DNA from: Dehalococcoidia bacterium
Lineage (GTDB): Bacteria > Chloroflexota > Dehalococcoidia > Bin125
NCBI GenBank assembly: GCA_965220315.1
Contig: CBDCPP010000002.1
Span: 579,088 to 643,087 of the forward strand
DNA length: 64,000 nt
Direction of reading: 5' to 3'
Of the stretch, positions 54,201 to 64,000 are shown piece by piece. The notes under the pieces are model-generated. The model searched no databases, was not told where the DNA came from, and saw only the letters and a program-made list of their open reading frames with translations. Each line of letters opens with the position of its first letter. Position 1 is the first letter of the stretch. Made by a program: the position numbers and the translations under genes.

Positions 54201-57200
54201 CGAAGCTGTTGTCGTCCAGGCGGAGGTTCGTCAGGCTGTCGCCCAACGGGTCGAAGAGGTCGGCGGGCAGGGTCGTGAGCCTGTTGGAATGGAGAAAGAG
54301 CTCCTCCAAGCTGGTCAACCCCCTGAAAGCATCCTCGGGCAGCGTTGCAATGCGGTTGCCGACCAGGCCGAGAATTGTCAGAGCGGTCAGGTCCTCGAAG
54401 ACCCCTGCCTGCAGGGTAGTGATCTCGGTATGGCCCACCTGGAGCGTCTTCAAGGCGGTCAACCCGTCGAAGAGATCCTGGTGGAGCGAGGTGATGTCGT
54501 TATAGCTCAGATGGAGTGTTTCCAGGCTGGTAAGGCCGTCGAATATCTCCGCTTCCAGGCGGATGATCGTGTTGCCACTCAGGTTCAGTTCCGTCAATGC
54601 GGTGAGGCCGTCGAAGACGTCCTCCTCCAGCGTTCTGATGTTGTTATCACCCAGGTACAGTTGCTGGAGCCCGGAGAACCCATGGAAGGCGTCCTCGTGC
54701 ACCGTCTCGATGCCGTTCCGGGAAAAAAACAGATGTGTCACTCCGGCCCTGGTGAATCCCCTGAACGCGTCTGCGGGTACGGCGGTCAGCAGGGGCGAGT
54801 GACTCAAGCTCAAGCTCGTCAGTCCGGTGAGCCCGTCCAGGTCGCTGGGGAGGAGGCTTGAGCTGCTGTAACCACTGACCACGATGCCCGGGACCGCGGC
54901 AAGTTCGGCGGCGGTCGTGGTCGAGCACGTGGCGTCTGGGTTCCTGACCCTGACTTGGAGGAGGATCGCCGCCTCCACCTCCGGCGTGCGGTCGCAGATG
55001 TCGACGGTTGGCGGCGGGGGTGGCTCGTTACCGGGCACCGTGACCTCGACCGTGGCGGAGGCCATGCGCGCTCCGGCGCCATCGTCGGTCACCGTGAGGG
55101 TGAGGGTGATGGTCTGAACCTCGTCGGTCTTCGGGGGCGCGGTCCAGGTCGTATCGAGGACCGAGCCGTCGTCGAATGTCCCGCCGCCGTTGCTGCTCCA
55201 GGCGTAGGTCAGGGTGTCGCCCTCGGGGTCTGTCGCCGTGCCGGTGAGCGCGACCGTGCCGCCCCCGTTCACCGTGGCGGCGTCGGCCGTCGCCGAAGCC
55301 GTGGGCGCCTGGTTCTCGCGCACGGTGACGCTCACCGTCGTCGTCGCGGAGGTACTCGCGGTGTCGGTGACCGTGAGGGTGAGCGTGACGTCTCGATCGT
55401 TGAGACCAGCCGCGGGCGCGGTCCAGGTCGTGTCGAGGGCCGCAGCGTTGGCGAACGTGCCCCCGCCGTTGCTGGTCCAGGCGTACGTGAGGCGGTCGCC
55501 CTGTGGGTCGCTGGCCGTGCCGTCCAGGCTGACCGCGCCTCCTCCGAGCACGGTGCTCGTCGAGGTGACAGCCGAGGCCGTCGGCGCCGTGTTGTCCCGC
55601 TCAGGCACGGTGACGCTCACGGTCGCCGTGCTCGTGCGCTGGCCGGCGCCGTCGTCGGTCACCGTGAGGGTGAGGATGATGCTCTGGGCGGAAGTGGTGG
55701 CCGCAGGCGCCATCCAGGTGGTGTCGACGGCTGAGCCGTCGTCGAAGCTTCCCCCGCCGTTGCTGCTCCAGGCGTAGGTCAGGCCGTCGCCCTCGGGGTC
55801 TGTCGCCGTCCCGTCCAGCACCAACTCGCTGCCGCCGACGACGGTCGCGCTCTCCGGAGCCACGGAGACGTCCGGCGCCTGGTTGGCCCGCACCGTCACC
55901 TGGAGTGTCGCCACGTCGCTGGCCATGGTGGCGTCGGTGACCGTGAGGGTGAGCGTGATGGGTTGGGAGGCATTGGTGGCCGCGGGCGCCGTCCAGGTCG
56001 TGTCGAGGGCCGCAGCGTTGGCGAAGCTGCCCCCGCCACTGCTGCTCCAGGCGTAGCTCAGGCTGTCGCCGTCTGGGTCAGAGGCGGTGCCGTCCAGCGT
56101 CACCCCGGCGCCCCCGTCAACGGTGGTGCTGACCGGGTCCACGGAGACGTCCGGCGCCCGATTGGCCCGCACGGTGACACTCACGGTCGCCGTGCTCGTG
56201 CGCATCCCGGCGCCGTCGTCGGTCACCGTGAGAGTGAGCGTGATGCTCTGGGCGGTGTTGGTCTTCGCCGGCGCGGTCCAGGTCGTATCGAGGGCCGAGC
56301 CGTCGTCGAATGTCCCGCCGCCGGTGCTGCTCCAGGCGTAGGTCAGGGCGTCGCCCTCGGGGTCTGTCGCCGTGCCGTTGAGCGCGACCGTGCCGCGCCC
56401 GTTCACCGTGGCGGCGTCGGCCGTCGCCGAAGCCGTGGGCGCCTGGTTCTCGCGCACGGTGACGCTCACCGTCGCCGTCGCGAATGCGTTGGCGGTGTCG
56501 GTGACCGTGAGGGTGAGCGTGATGCGTTGGGAGGCATTGGTGGCCGCGGGCGCGGTCCAGGTCGTGTCGAGGGCCGCAGCGTTGGCGAACGTGCCCCCGC
56601 CGTTGCTGGTCCAGGCGTACGTGAGGCGGTCGCCCTGTGGGTCGCTGGCCGTGCCGTCCAGGCTGACCGCGCCTCCTCCGAGCACGACGGTCGGTGTGGC
56701 TGTGGCTGATGCAGTGGGCGCCGTGTTGCCCCGCGCAGGCACGGTGACACTCACGGTCGCCGTGCTCGTGCGCATCCCGGCGCCGTCGTCGGTCACCGTG
56801 AGAGTGAGCGTGATGCTCTGGGCGGTGTTGGTCTTCGCCGGCGCGGTCCAGGTCGTATCGAGGGCCGAGTCGTCGTCGAATGTCCCGCCGCCGTTGCTGC
56901 TCCAGGCGTAGGTCAGGGCGTCGCCCTCGGGGTCTGTCGCCGTGCCGGTGAGCGCGACCGTGCCGCGCCCGTTCACCGTGGCGCGGTCGGCCGTCGCCGA
57001 AGCCGTGGGCGCCTGGTTCTCGCGCACGGTGACGCTCACCGTCGCCGTCGCGGATGCGTTGGCGGTGTCGGTGACCGTGAGGGTGAGCGTGACGTCTCGA
57101 TCGTTGAGACCAGCCGCGGGCGCGGTCCAGGTCGTGTCGAGGGCCGCAGCGTTGGCGAACGTGCCCCCGCCGTTGCTGGTCCAGGCGTACGTGAGGCGGT

Positions 57201-60200
57201 CGCCCTGTGGGTCGCTGGCCGTGCCGTCCAGGCTGACCACGCCTCCTCCGAGCACGGTGCTCGTCGAGGTGGTAGCCGAGGCCGTCGGCGCCGTGTTGCC
57301 CCGCGCAGGCACAGTGACGCTCACGGTCGCCGTGCTCGTGCGCTGGCCAGCGCCGTCGTCGGTCACCGTGAGGGTGAGGATGATGCTCTGGGCGGAAGTG
57401 GTGGCCGCCGGCGCCGTCCAGGTGGTGTCGAGGGCTGACGCGTTTGCGAATGTCCCGCCGCCGGTGCTGCTCCAGGCGAAGGTCAGGGTGTCGTCCTCGG
57501 GGTCTGTCGTCGTGCCGTCCAGCTCCACCGCGCTGCCGCCGACGACGGTCGCGCTCTCCCGAGCCACCGAGACCTCGGGCGCCTGATTGGCCCGCACCGT
57601 CATCTGGACCGTCGCCGTCGCGGCTGCGCCGGCGGTGTCGGTGACCGTGAGGGTGAGCGTGACGTCTCGATCGTTGAGACCAGCCGCGGGCGCGGTCCAG
57701 GTCGTGTCGAGGGCCGCAGCGTTCGCGAAGGTGCCCCCGCCGTTGCTGGTCCAGGCGTACGTGAGCGGGTCGTTCTGTGGGTCGCTGGCCGTGCCGTCCA
57801 GGCTGACCGCGCCTCCTCCGAGCACGGTGCTCGTCGAGGTGGTAGCCGAGGCCGTCGGCGCCGTGTTGGCTCGCGCAGGCACGGTGACGCTCACGGTCGC
57901 CGTGCTCGTGCGCTGGCCGGCGCCGCGGTCGGTCACGGTGAGGGTGAGGGTGATGCTCTGGGCGGAAGTGGTGGCCGCAGGCGCCGTCCAGCTCGTGTCG
58001 AGGGCCGAGGCGTCGGCGAATGTCCCGCCGCCGCTGCTCGTCCAGGCGAAGGTCAGGGTGTCGTCCTCGGGGTCTGTCGTCGTGCCGTCCAGCTCCACCG
58101 CGCTGCCGCCGACGACGGTCGCGCTCTCCCGAGCCACCGAGACCTCGGGCGCCTGATTGGCCCGCACCGTCACATGGACCGACGCCGTCGCGAATGCGCC
58201 GGCGCTGTCGGTGACCGTGAGGGTGAGCCTGACGTCTCGATCGTTGGCAGCAGCCGTGCCCGCTTTCCAGGTCGTGTCGAGGGCCGCAGCGTTCCCGAAC
58301 GGGCCCTCCAGGGTGCTGCTGGTCCAGGCGTACGTGAGGGGGTCGTTCTCGGGATCGCTGGCCGTGCCGTGCAGTGTTACCGTGCCTCCTCCGCGCACGA
58401 CGGTCGGTGTGGCTGTGACTGATGCAGTGGGCGCCTGGTTGGGTCGCCCAGCGCTGACGGCCGGGAGGGCGTACCCATACAGCTTCTCCGTGTCTCCGCC
58501 AATGCCCCAGCTATTGTCACGGTTGACCACCCAGATGGTGTCGCCGTCGGACCAGACGCCCCCCGGACTGGTGGTGGAAGTGCACTGATCGCGGTGCAGG
58601 ACGACTTCCGCGCCCCTCAGGCGCGTCCCCGTCGGCCAGGTGTAGGCGTAGAGCCTGCAGTCCCTTCCGTCGACCACCCAGATCGTGTTGTCGCCGTCGG
58701 ACCAGATGCCGCTGTAATGGGACTGGCGGCTGTCCAGGGCGATGTCCTTGTTGGCCCGACGCTCCCCGCCGGCCAGGGCGTAGGCGTAGAGCCTGTGGCC
58801 TCTTCCGGTCACCCAGATGGTGTCGCCGTCGGACCAGATGCCGCCGGGATGGCCGTTGTCGCTGTGCAGGGCGATGTCCTTGTCGGCCCGCCGTTCCCCG
58901 CCGGCCAGGGCGTAGGCGTAGAGCTTGTCGTCCCTACCGTCGACCACCCAGATGGTGTCGCCGTCGGACCAGATGTAAGTGGGGCTACCGTTATCGCTGT
59001 GCGGGGTGATGTCCTTGTCGGCCCGGTGCTCCCCGCCGTCCAGGGCGTGGGCGTAGAGCTTGGTGCTGCGATACCCGTTGGCCACCCAGATGGTGTCGCC
59101 GTCGGACCAGATGCCTTTGGGGCTGTCGTTCAAGACAACGCCGTTCTCAGTAACGAGAACGTAGCGAATGTCGGTGGCCGGTGCGGTGGCCCGCGTGACC
59201 GTGACCGTGTAGGTCTCGCTGGCGTCGCCCTCGGTCACCTTGATCGCGATCGGGTTCTCGCCCGCAGCCAGGTCCGCCTGGAACCCGGCCGTGTTCGAGT
59301 CGGCGTCCACGAGCGCGGCGCTCTCCCCGTAGCTGAGGTAGCCGGAGCCGTCCTCGTAGGCGACGGTCGCCCCGGTCTCCGCGGTCGCCGTGATGGTGAT
59401 GCGGCTGACGTCGCTGGGCACGTCGGGGACGGTGTACTCCCGGGTGCTGATGCCGAACGCCGGCGTCAGCGTGCCTGGGCTTATCGTCAGCCCCGTCAGG
59501 TGAGCGGGCGGCGCGGCGGCGTCAGGCAGCGGGTAGGCGTAGAGCTTGCTGTCGCTACGGTCGGCCACCCAGATGGTGTCGCCGTTGGACCAGATGCTCC
59601 AGGGAAGGCCGTTCTCGCTGTGCAGGGGGTTCTCCATGCGGCCCAGGGGCGTCCCATCGGCCAGAGCGTAGGCGTAGAGTTGGTCCGTGCTACTGTCGGC
59701 CACCCAGATGGCAGCGCCGTCGGACCAGAGGCCCCGGGCACTCTGGTTGTCTCTGCCCAGGTCGAATTCCTTGCCGGCCTGGCGTGCCCCGCCGTCCAGC
59801 GCGTAGGCGTAGAGCTTGCCTTGGGGACCATCGACCACCCAGATGGTGACGCCGTCGGACCAGATGCCGTCGGGATTGCCGTTGTTCTTGGTGGGATCGG
59901 CGTTGTCGCGGTGCAGGTCGAATTCCTTGTCGGCCCGGCGCGCCCCGCCGTCCAGCGCGTAGGCGTAGAGCTTGTCGTCCCCATTGTCGGCCACCCAGAT
60001 GGTGTCGCCGTCGGACCAGATGGCGGTGGGATTGGCGTTATCGCTGTGCAGGGCGAATTCCTTGCCGGCCTGGCGTGCCCCGCCGTCCAGCGTGTAGGCG
60101 AAGAGCTTGTCCCTCGTAACGTCGGCGTACTTGTTGACCACCCAGATGGTGGCGCCGTCGGGACCAGATGCCCGTGGGGATTGGCGTTGTCGCTGTGCAG

Positions 60201-60437
60201 CGTGATGTCGCTCTGGGACGGGGTCTGGGCCTCCGCGCCGCCGGGGCGGATCGCCAGCAGGACGGTCAGGGCGCAGAGCGCCAGCAGCACGGCCGCTCCG
60301 GCGCGCCGCGCCCTGCGCTGCGTCCGGCTGTGGCGGTCCTGGCGTCGTCGGGGACGCAGGGTGCTGTTCACGATGCTGACCTCTCGTTCGCGGCGGCGAG
60401 TGCTGGATGGGGGGTGCGCACGCAGCCCGCAGGGCAA
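51283..60437 (-). CDS. giant (about 3050 aa) secreted repeat protein with a signal peptide
   Basis: The uninterrupted ORF 51283-60141 is 2952 aa. The signal peptide and first repeat (…RRARRAGAAVLLALCALTVLLAIRPGGAEAQTPSQSDITLHSDNANPHG) lie in ORF 59496-60437, offset by two 1-nt homopolymer insertions at about 60150-60172.

The architecture, from the N-terminus, is:
- an N-terminal beta-propeller-like region built from ~45-aa repeats (KLYAYAL.GG.R...IWSDGDTIWV.D);
- about 12 near-identical tandem ~95-aa Ig/cadherin-like (He_PIG-like) repeats;
- about 25 leucine-rich repeats;
- a second beta-propeller-like region;
- a duplicated ~85-aa C-terminal domain. Confidence 0.8.
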
Positions 60438-60626
60438 CGCGAGACGGCCCGGTCTGCCCGCGCGCTCAGGGGCGGGTGCTCCGGGCGCGCGCAGACACGG
60501 GGAAGTGAGATGCTCCGGCGGCAGGGAAGAGCCGCGGCTGAGGGACTAGAGGAGCGCCGCCAGGGAGAGCGGCGGCGCGCAAGCAGGGGGCGCGGCGCGG
60601 CGGCCGTGGCCATAGAACATATATTC

Positions 60627-60636
60627 GGGGGGGGGG
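60627..60636. repeat. G10 homopolymer (C10 on the coding strand of the giant gene) in its putative promoter/5' region
   Basis: CATAGAACATATATTC followed by 10 G, then TAATCGCG. It lies about 190 nt upstream of the predicted signal-peptide start of the giant minus-strand gene. Confidence 0.8.
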
Positions 60637-61383
60637 TAATCGCGCTCGAGGGGAGGTGCGCACTCAGAGAGGCGGATGGCGCGGTGGCGCTGTCCAGCGC
60701 TCCCGCGACCTGGCCCCTGTGTGGAAGGCTGGACAATACAATCCCCTCTCACGGGCAGGCGCCGGGCAGGCGGACTGCGCGTTTGGCACAGCGCCTATTC
60801 AAAACTATCAAGATGAGTCGGGTGTGATTATTCAGTCTTGTTTCCGTGACGTTCTTGTGAGTTTCGCGCCGATCCAGTACAAGTGAGGGAGAGCGTGAAC
60901 TTGTTGGGATTGCTCCGCAGGCAGGCCGCGGCGGGATCTGGATCTCCTGCGCGAGGCGGTGGCGGCACTCGCCGTCGTGCAGCAGGCCTGCGTGGAGGGC
61001 GTCTCGACACGCCGCGTAGCCGACCTCGCGCGTTCGCTTGAGGGAAGCTGTCGACGACGGTGTCGAGCTGGGCGCAGCTGCGCGAGACCCGGCTCTTCGA
61101 GATTGCCCTGGCAGCCGGCCGTCCCGTCGACGGCGGTCCCTACCGCTAGCTCTGGCTCGACGCGCTCACCCGGCGTGCGCGAGGAGGGCCGCGACCGTCG
61201 GCGCGGAGCGAGAGCGAGTCTTCGGTATCGACGATCTCGCCGTCGTCATTGCTCGCTCTGGCTTGAGGGGCGGTGGCGGTGCGGACGTCCAGCGTGTACG
61301 CCCCCGTGAAGTCCGCGGGCCGACGCGCGCCGAGGATCGTAAGAGTTGAAGCTCATCGTCCGGTGCGAACGGGTAGGCAGGCG

Positions 61384-64000
61384 TCAGTAGACCGTGAGCG
61401 TGTCGAGTGAGTAGGCGGCCAGCTCAAGGCCCGATTCGATCACGTCCTCGCCCAGGAATAGGTAGGCGATGTCGATCGCTGTGCCGTCGGCGGTCACGTG
61501 CGACAGCCAGACTATGGAATCTTCGCCGCGCACTGCTTCGAACACCACGACCTCAAGACCCGTTGACGTCTCGGCCGTTTCTCGGCTCAGCCCTTCGATG
61601 CCGCCTTCGACCAGCAACTGCTCGATCGCGTCGGCGTACTCGGCCAGAGTCAGGCCGGTCTCAAGCTCGACAAAGATGCTGACGGAGCCTTGCTCCTGAG
61701 CGTCGGAAGCAGTGAACACCTCAAACTGCGACTCGTCCGGTTCTGCTTCGATCCAGTCCTGCGGCACCTGGACGGAGAAGATGCCGGACTCCTCCACGAA
61801 GATCAGCATGTTCCCGTAGGGAGACTCCGCGATCGGTTCGGCCCGGATCAGGTCGGACAGGGTCGGATTGCCGCTCGCGTCGTCGGCCCAGATCGCGTAG
61901 TAGTAGTCGATCAACGAGCCGTCGGCGTCTTCGAATTCCAGGAACTCGAAGAGGAAGACCGGCTCCTGGACGAACGTCAGGATGTCGCTGGCCGCAAACC
62001 AGCCGTCCTCGGCGGGATCGTCCAGGTTGAATCCGAAGTTCCAGAACTGGACTCGGTCGCCTGGACCAAGCTGCAAGGTGGCCTTGTCGAACTGGACCGT
62101 GCCCTCCTCATCGTCGGCGCTCGTGTAGAAGACGCGATAGATCTCGATGTAGTAGTCGACGACCTCCCAGTAGTCGCCCAACTCCACGATCAGCGTCAAC
62201 GTGGCGAGGTCATACGGCAGCTCGTCCCGGCTGTAGTCCTTGTTCACCTGGAACAGCTCGATCTCGGCGACATAGGTGAGGTACGTCCGACCCTCCAGCT
62301 CGAAGGATTCTGCGAGGAAAGCGGGAATCCAGGCTATCTCGGCGCCCGGGTTGTACTCGACCGTGAACCAGATCTGGTCCCAGGACGGGGCGAGGTAGAA
62401 ATCCTCGATCCCGGTCGCCACCGCTTCCTCTTCCGCGACGACCATGAAGTAGTCCGCCGCCGTTCCGTCGTCGATCTCGATCGACTCGACGAATCCGTAG
62501 AGCGTGCTGACCCTGGCGAGACTCTCGTCCCGCACGGTCGCGAAGGCGCCGTCCGAGTCGAAGGAGGCGATGATCACCTCAGGCGGTTCCGCATCGCCAG
62601 CGAGGAAGTCGAGGAAGGTGAGCTGGAAGTCCCACCAGAGATCACTGACCTTGTAGCTCGAGTACTCGGCTTCGACATTCTCCGGCGCGTCGATCGCAAC
62701 GCCATGCGAATTGGGCATGGCCCCGTCGTGATTGGCGTGCACCACGAACCGGTCAACCGCCTCGATCAGCGCCTCGAGGTCGGCCTCCAACTGTGGGGTG
62801 TCGATGGCCTCCGCAAGCAGTTCGGCAAAGTGCCTCAGGTCAATCGACGCTCGGGAGTCGTCGCGCTCCGAGGCACCGAACGACTGCGCCTTGGTTGCGC
62901 CGTAGACCAGCCCAGCGGAGTAGGCCTCATCCGCAAGCAGACGGTCGGCGAAGACCGCCGCGACCGGGTTGAGGGCCGCCACCAGGTCGTCGTAGTGACC
63001 CAGGTCGAGCAACGAGATCGTCTTGCCCGTCGACTCGTAGAGGTGCACGTCCTGGACGAAGTTATCGACGATCCGCTTGCCGAATTCGTCAACCCCGTCC
63101 CTCTCGGCATACAGACGAATGACGTCGCTCCATGACCAACCGTGTCCCGGGACGATCGCCTCTGACGCAATCATGTAGTCGGCGTGAGGCGCAATCACTC
63201 TCGCCACTTCGACAGTCGCCATCAGGCAGGCGTCGAAGCCGATCACATCGAACCGGCCACCCCTGCTTTGGGTGAAGGCGCGCTCGATCTCGTCGAGATA
63301 CAAGGGGTCTGCGTTGAAGTTGGAATCGTTGCCGAAGCCCTTGTACGAGTTGCCGTGGTCCCACATGACCAGGAAGCGCTGATCGAAGTCCGAATAGGCG
63401 TCCCCGACGTAGTCAAGGAATAGCTTGAGTGCGCTCTCGTCGCCCATGTTGGCGCCCTCCGCCTGATAGAGGTAGGCGTCGGGGCCCGACTCATTGCCGA
63501 ACTGCAGGTCCTGGTAGTCCGCCGCGAGATGATCGATATTGGCCAGCTTCATGCCTCGCCAGCCATCCTTGTCTGCGCCGCCGAATGCCACCACGACCTC
63601 GACCAACTCCGGGTCGGACAGTGCGTAGTAACCGCTCAGCAGTTCTTCCAGATCCACCGAGGCAGCCAGATAGTCTTCCTCCAGGTCGCTGCCCACGATG
63701 TAGAGGGCGAGCAGCTTTCTGCCGCTCCCATCGATGACCGCCGGCGTGACGTAGGGGCTCAGTTCGCCCCGTTCGTCGGAGAAGCCGCGCCTGCCCCGGT
63801 TCGCTTCCGGCGCAGCCTCCGCCAACGGCCGCGCGGATTGCTCGTCCGACTCGTCGTCGCCCTGGGACTCTCCCGACGAGGACTCATCCGTGCTCGTGTC
63901 GCCAGACGCCGCGCCTGCCTGGGCCGAGTCGCCGTCTGCGGGCGCGGCAGCCCGCTGCCGACCTGCAGCGGAATCCTCCGCAGGCGCGGGCTGGGAGTCC
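61384..64000 (-). CDS. clostripain-family (peptidase C11) cysteine peptidase, N-terminus runs off the window end
   Basis: FLVMWDHGNSYKGFG ... GFDACLMATVEV contains the His and Cys catalytic dyad contexts of C11 peptidases. ORF 61384-63825 continues upstream in frame through acidic low-complexity sequence to the window edge. It has the same orientation as the giant protein gene and lies immediately upstream of it. Confidence 0.7.
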   Translation of the reverse strand, partial: DSQPAPAEDSAAGRQRAAAPADGDSAQAGAASGDTSTDESSSGESQGDDESDEQSARPLAEAAPEANRGRRGFSDERGELSPYVTPAVIDGSGRKLLALYIVGSDLEEDYLAASVDLEELLSGYYALSDPELVEVVVAFGGADKDGWRGMKLANIDHLAADYQDLQFGNESGPDAYLYQAEGANMGDESALKLFLDYVGDAYSDFDQRFLVMWDHGNSYKGFGNDSNFNADPLYLDEIERAFTQSRGGRFDVIGFDACLMATVEVARVIAPHADYMIASEAIVPGHGWSWSDVIRLYAERDGVDEFGKRIVDNFVQDVHLYESTGKTISLLDLGHYDDLVAALNPVAAVFADRLLADEAYSAGLVYGATKAQSFGASERDDSRASIDLRHFAELLAEAIDTPQLEADLEALIEAVDRFVVHANHDGAMPNSHGVAIDAPENVEAEYSSYKVSDLWWDFQLTFLDFLAGDAEPPEVIIASFDSDGAFATVRDESLARVSTLYGFVESIEIDDGTAADYFMVVAEEEAVATGIEDFYLAPSWDQIWFTVEYNPGAEIAWIPAFLAESFELEGRTYLTYVAEIELFQVNKDYSRDELPYDLATLTLIVELGDYWEVVDYYIEIYRVFYTSADDEEGTVQFDKATLQLGPGDRVQFWNFGFNLDDPAEDGWFAASDILTFVQEPVFLFEFLEFEDADGSLIDYYYAIWADDASGNPTLSDLIRAEPIAESPYGNMLIFVEESGIFSVQVPQDWIEAEPDESQFEVFTASDAQEQGSVSIFVELETGLTLAEYADAIEQLLVEGGIEGLSRETAETSTGLEVVVFEAVRGEDSIVWLSHVTADGTAIDIAYLFLGEDVIESGLELAAYSLDTLTVY

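Noticed and set aside
54900-58450. Highly regular ~285-bp tandem DNA repeats that could superficially look like a CRISPR or satellite array
   Set aside because: Units are far longer than CRISPR repeats and have no unique spacers. They are in frame throughout, encoding ~95-aa Ig/cadherin-like domains of the giant minus-strand protein.
51395-60141. Dozens of plus-strand ORFs (80-650 aa) between 51.4 and 60.1 kb
   Set aside because: All are antisense to the uninterrupted 2952-aa repeat-protein frame and show low-complexity Ala/Arg/Gly/Val composition. Repetitive GC-rich coding DNA generates long antisense ORFs by chance.

Overview
This is a 64 kb high-GC bacterial chromosomal segment, judged about two-thirds GC by eye. 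Gene content points to a monoderm high-GC lineage such as Actinomycetota or Chloroflexota: luciferase-like (LLM/F420-type) oxidoreductases, a lipoprotein with an acidic tether, and frequent GTG/TTG starts.

Positions 1 to about 25.5 kb are an ordinary-looking metabolic block. It carries a hydantoinase A/B pair plus an isochorismatase-family amidase (N-methylhydantoin / N-carbamoylsarcosine-type chemistry), two extra HyuB-like paralogs around an enoyl-CoA hydratase, SDRs, a PEP-mutase/isocitrate-lyase-family gene and a five-gene HAAT-family ABC transporter. It also holds YbaK, a D-aminoacylase and an agmatinase-family ureohydrolase.

At 25.5 to 28.7 kb sits a tRNA-Ser(TGA) integration hotspot. 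One intact tRNA is flanked by a 5'-half copy and a 3'-half copy. These delimit two ~1.47 kb cargo islets, one carrying a NucS/RecB-like nuclease fused to a non-catalytic MGMT/ATL-like DNA-binding domain.

From 28.7 to about 50 kb is a prophage-like or satellite-like mobile region with no integrase and no recognisable capsid or tail genes. It contains an excisionase-type HTH gene, terminase small and large subunits, duplicated small-gene modules, a 1.3 kb ORF-free stretch with G19 and C10 homopolymers and a helically phased CCCTATC array. Most strikingly, it contains a 1082-aa multi-module protein (plus an upstream 378-aa DUF3846-like protein) whose modules are joined by a recurring KPIAGGSGEE-encoding element. 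There are nine in-frame copies, and one reversed copy in non-coding DNA. The region also holds a 1753-aa single-chain Type ISP-like restriction-modification enzyme (Mrr nuclease + SF2 helicase + N6-adenine methyltransferase + target recognition domain), a RelE/ParE-like toxin, and an SDH-family serine peptidase in a low-GC islet.

From 51 to 64 kb lies a ~3000-aa surface protein, apparently split by two homopolymer indels. It is built from beta-propeller-like repeats, ~12 near-identical tandem Ig/cadherin-like repeats, leucine-rich repeats and a duplicated C-terminal domain. A clostripain-family C11 peptidase gene sits upstream of it.

Several apparent frameshifts and in-frame stops coincide with homopolymer runs, so sequence or assembly errors cannot be separated from pseudogenisation here.
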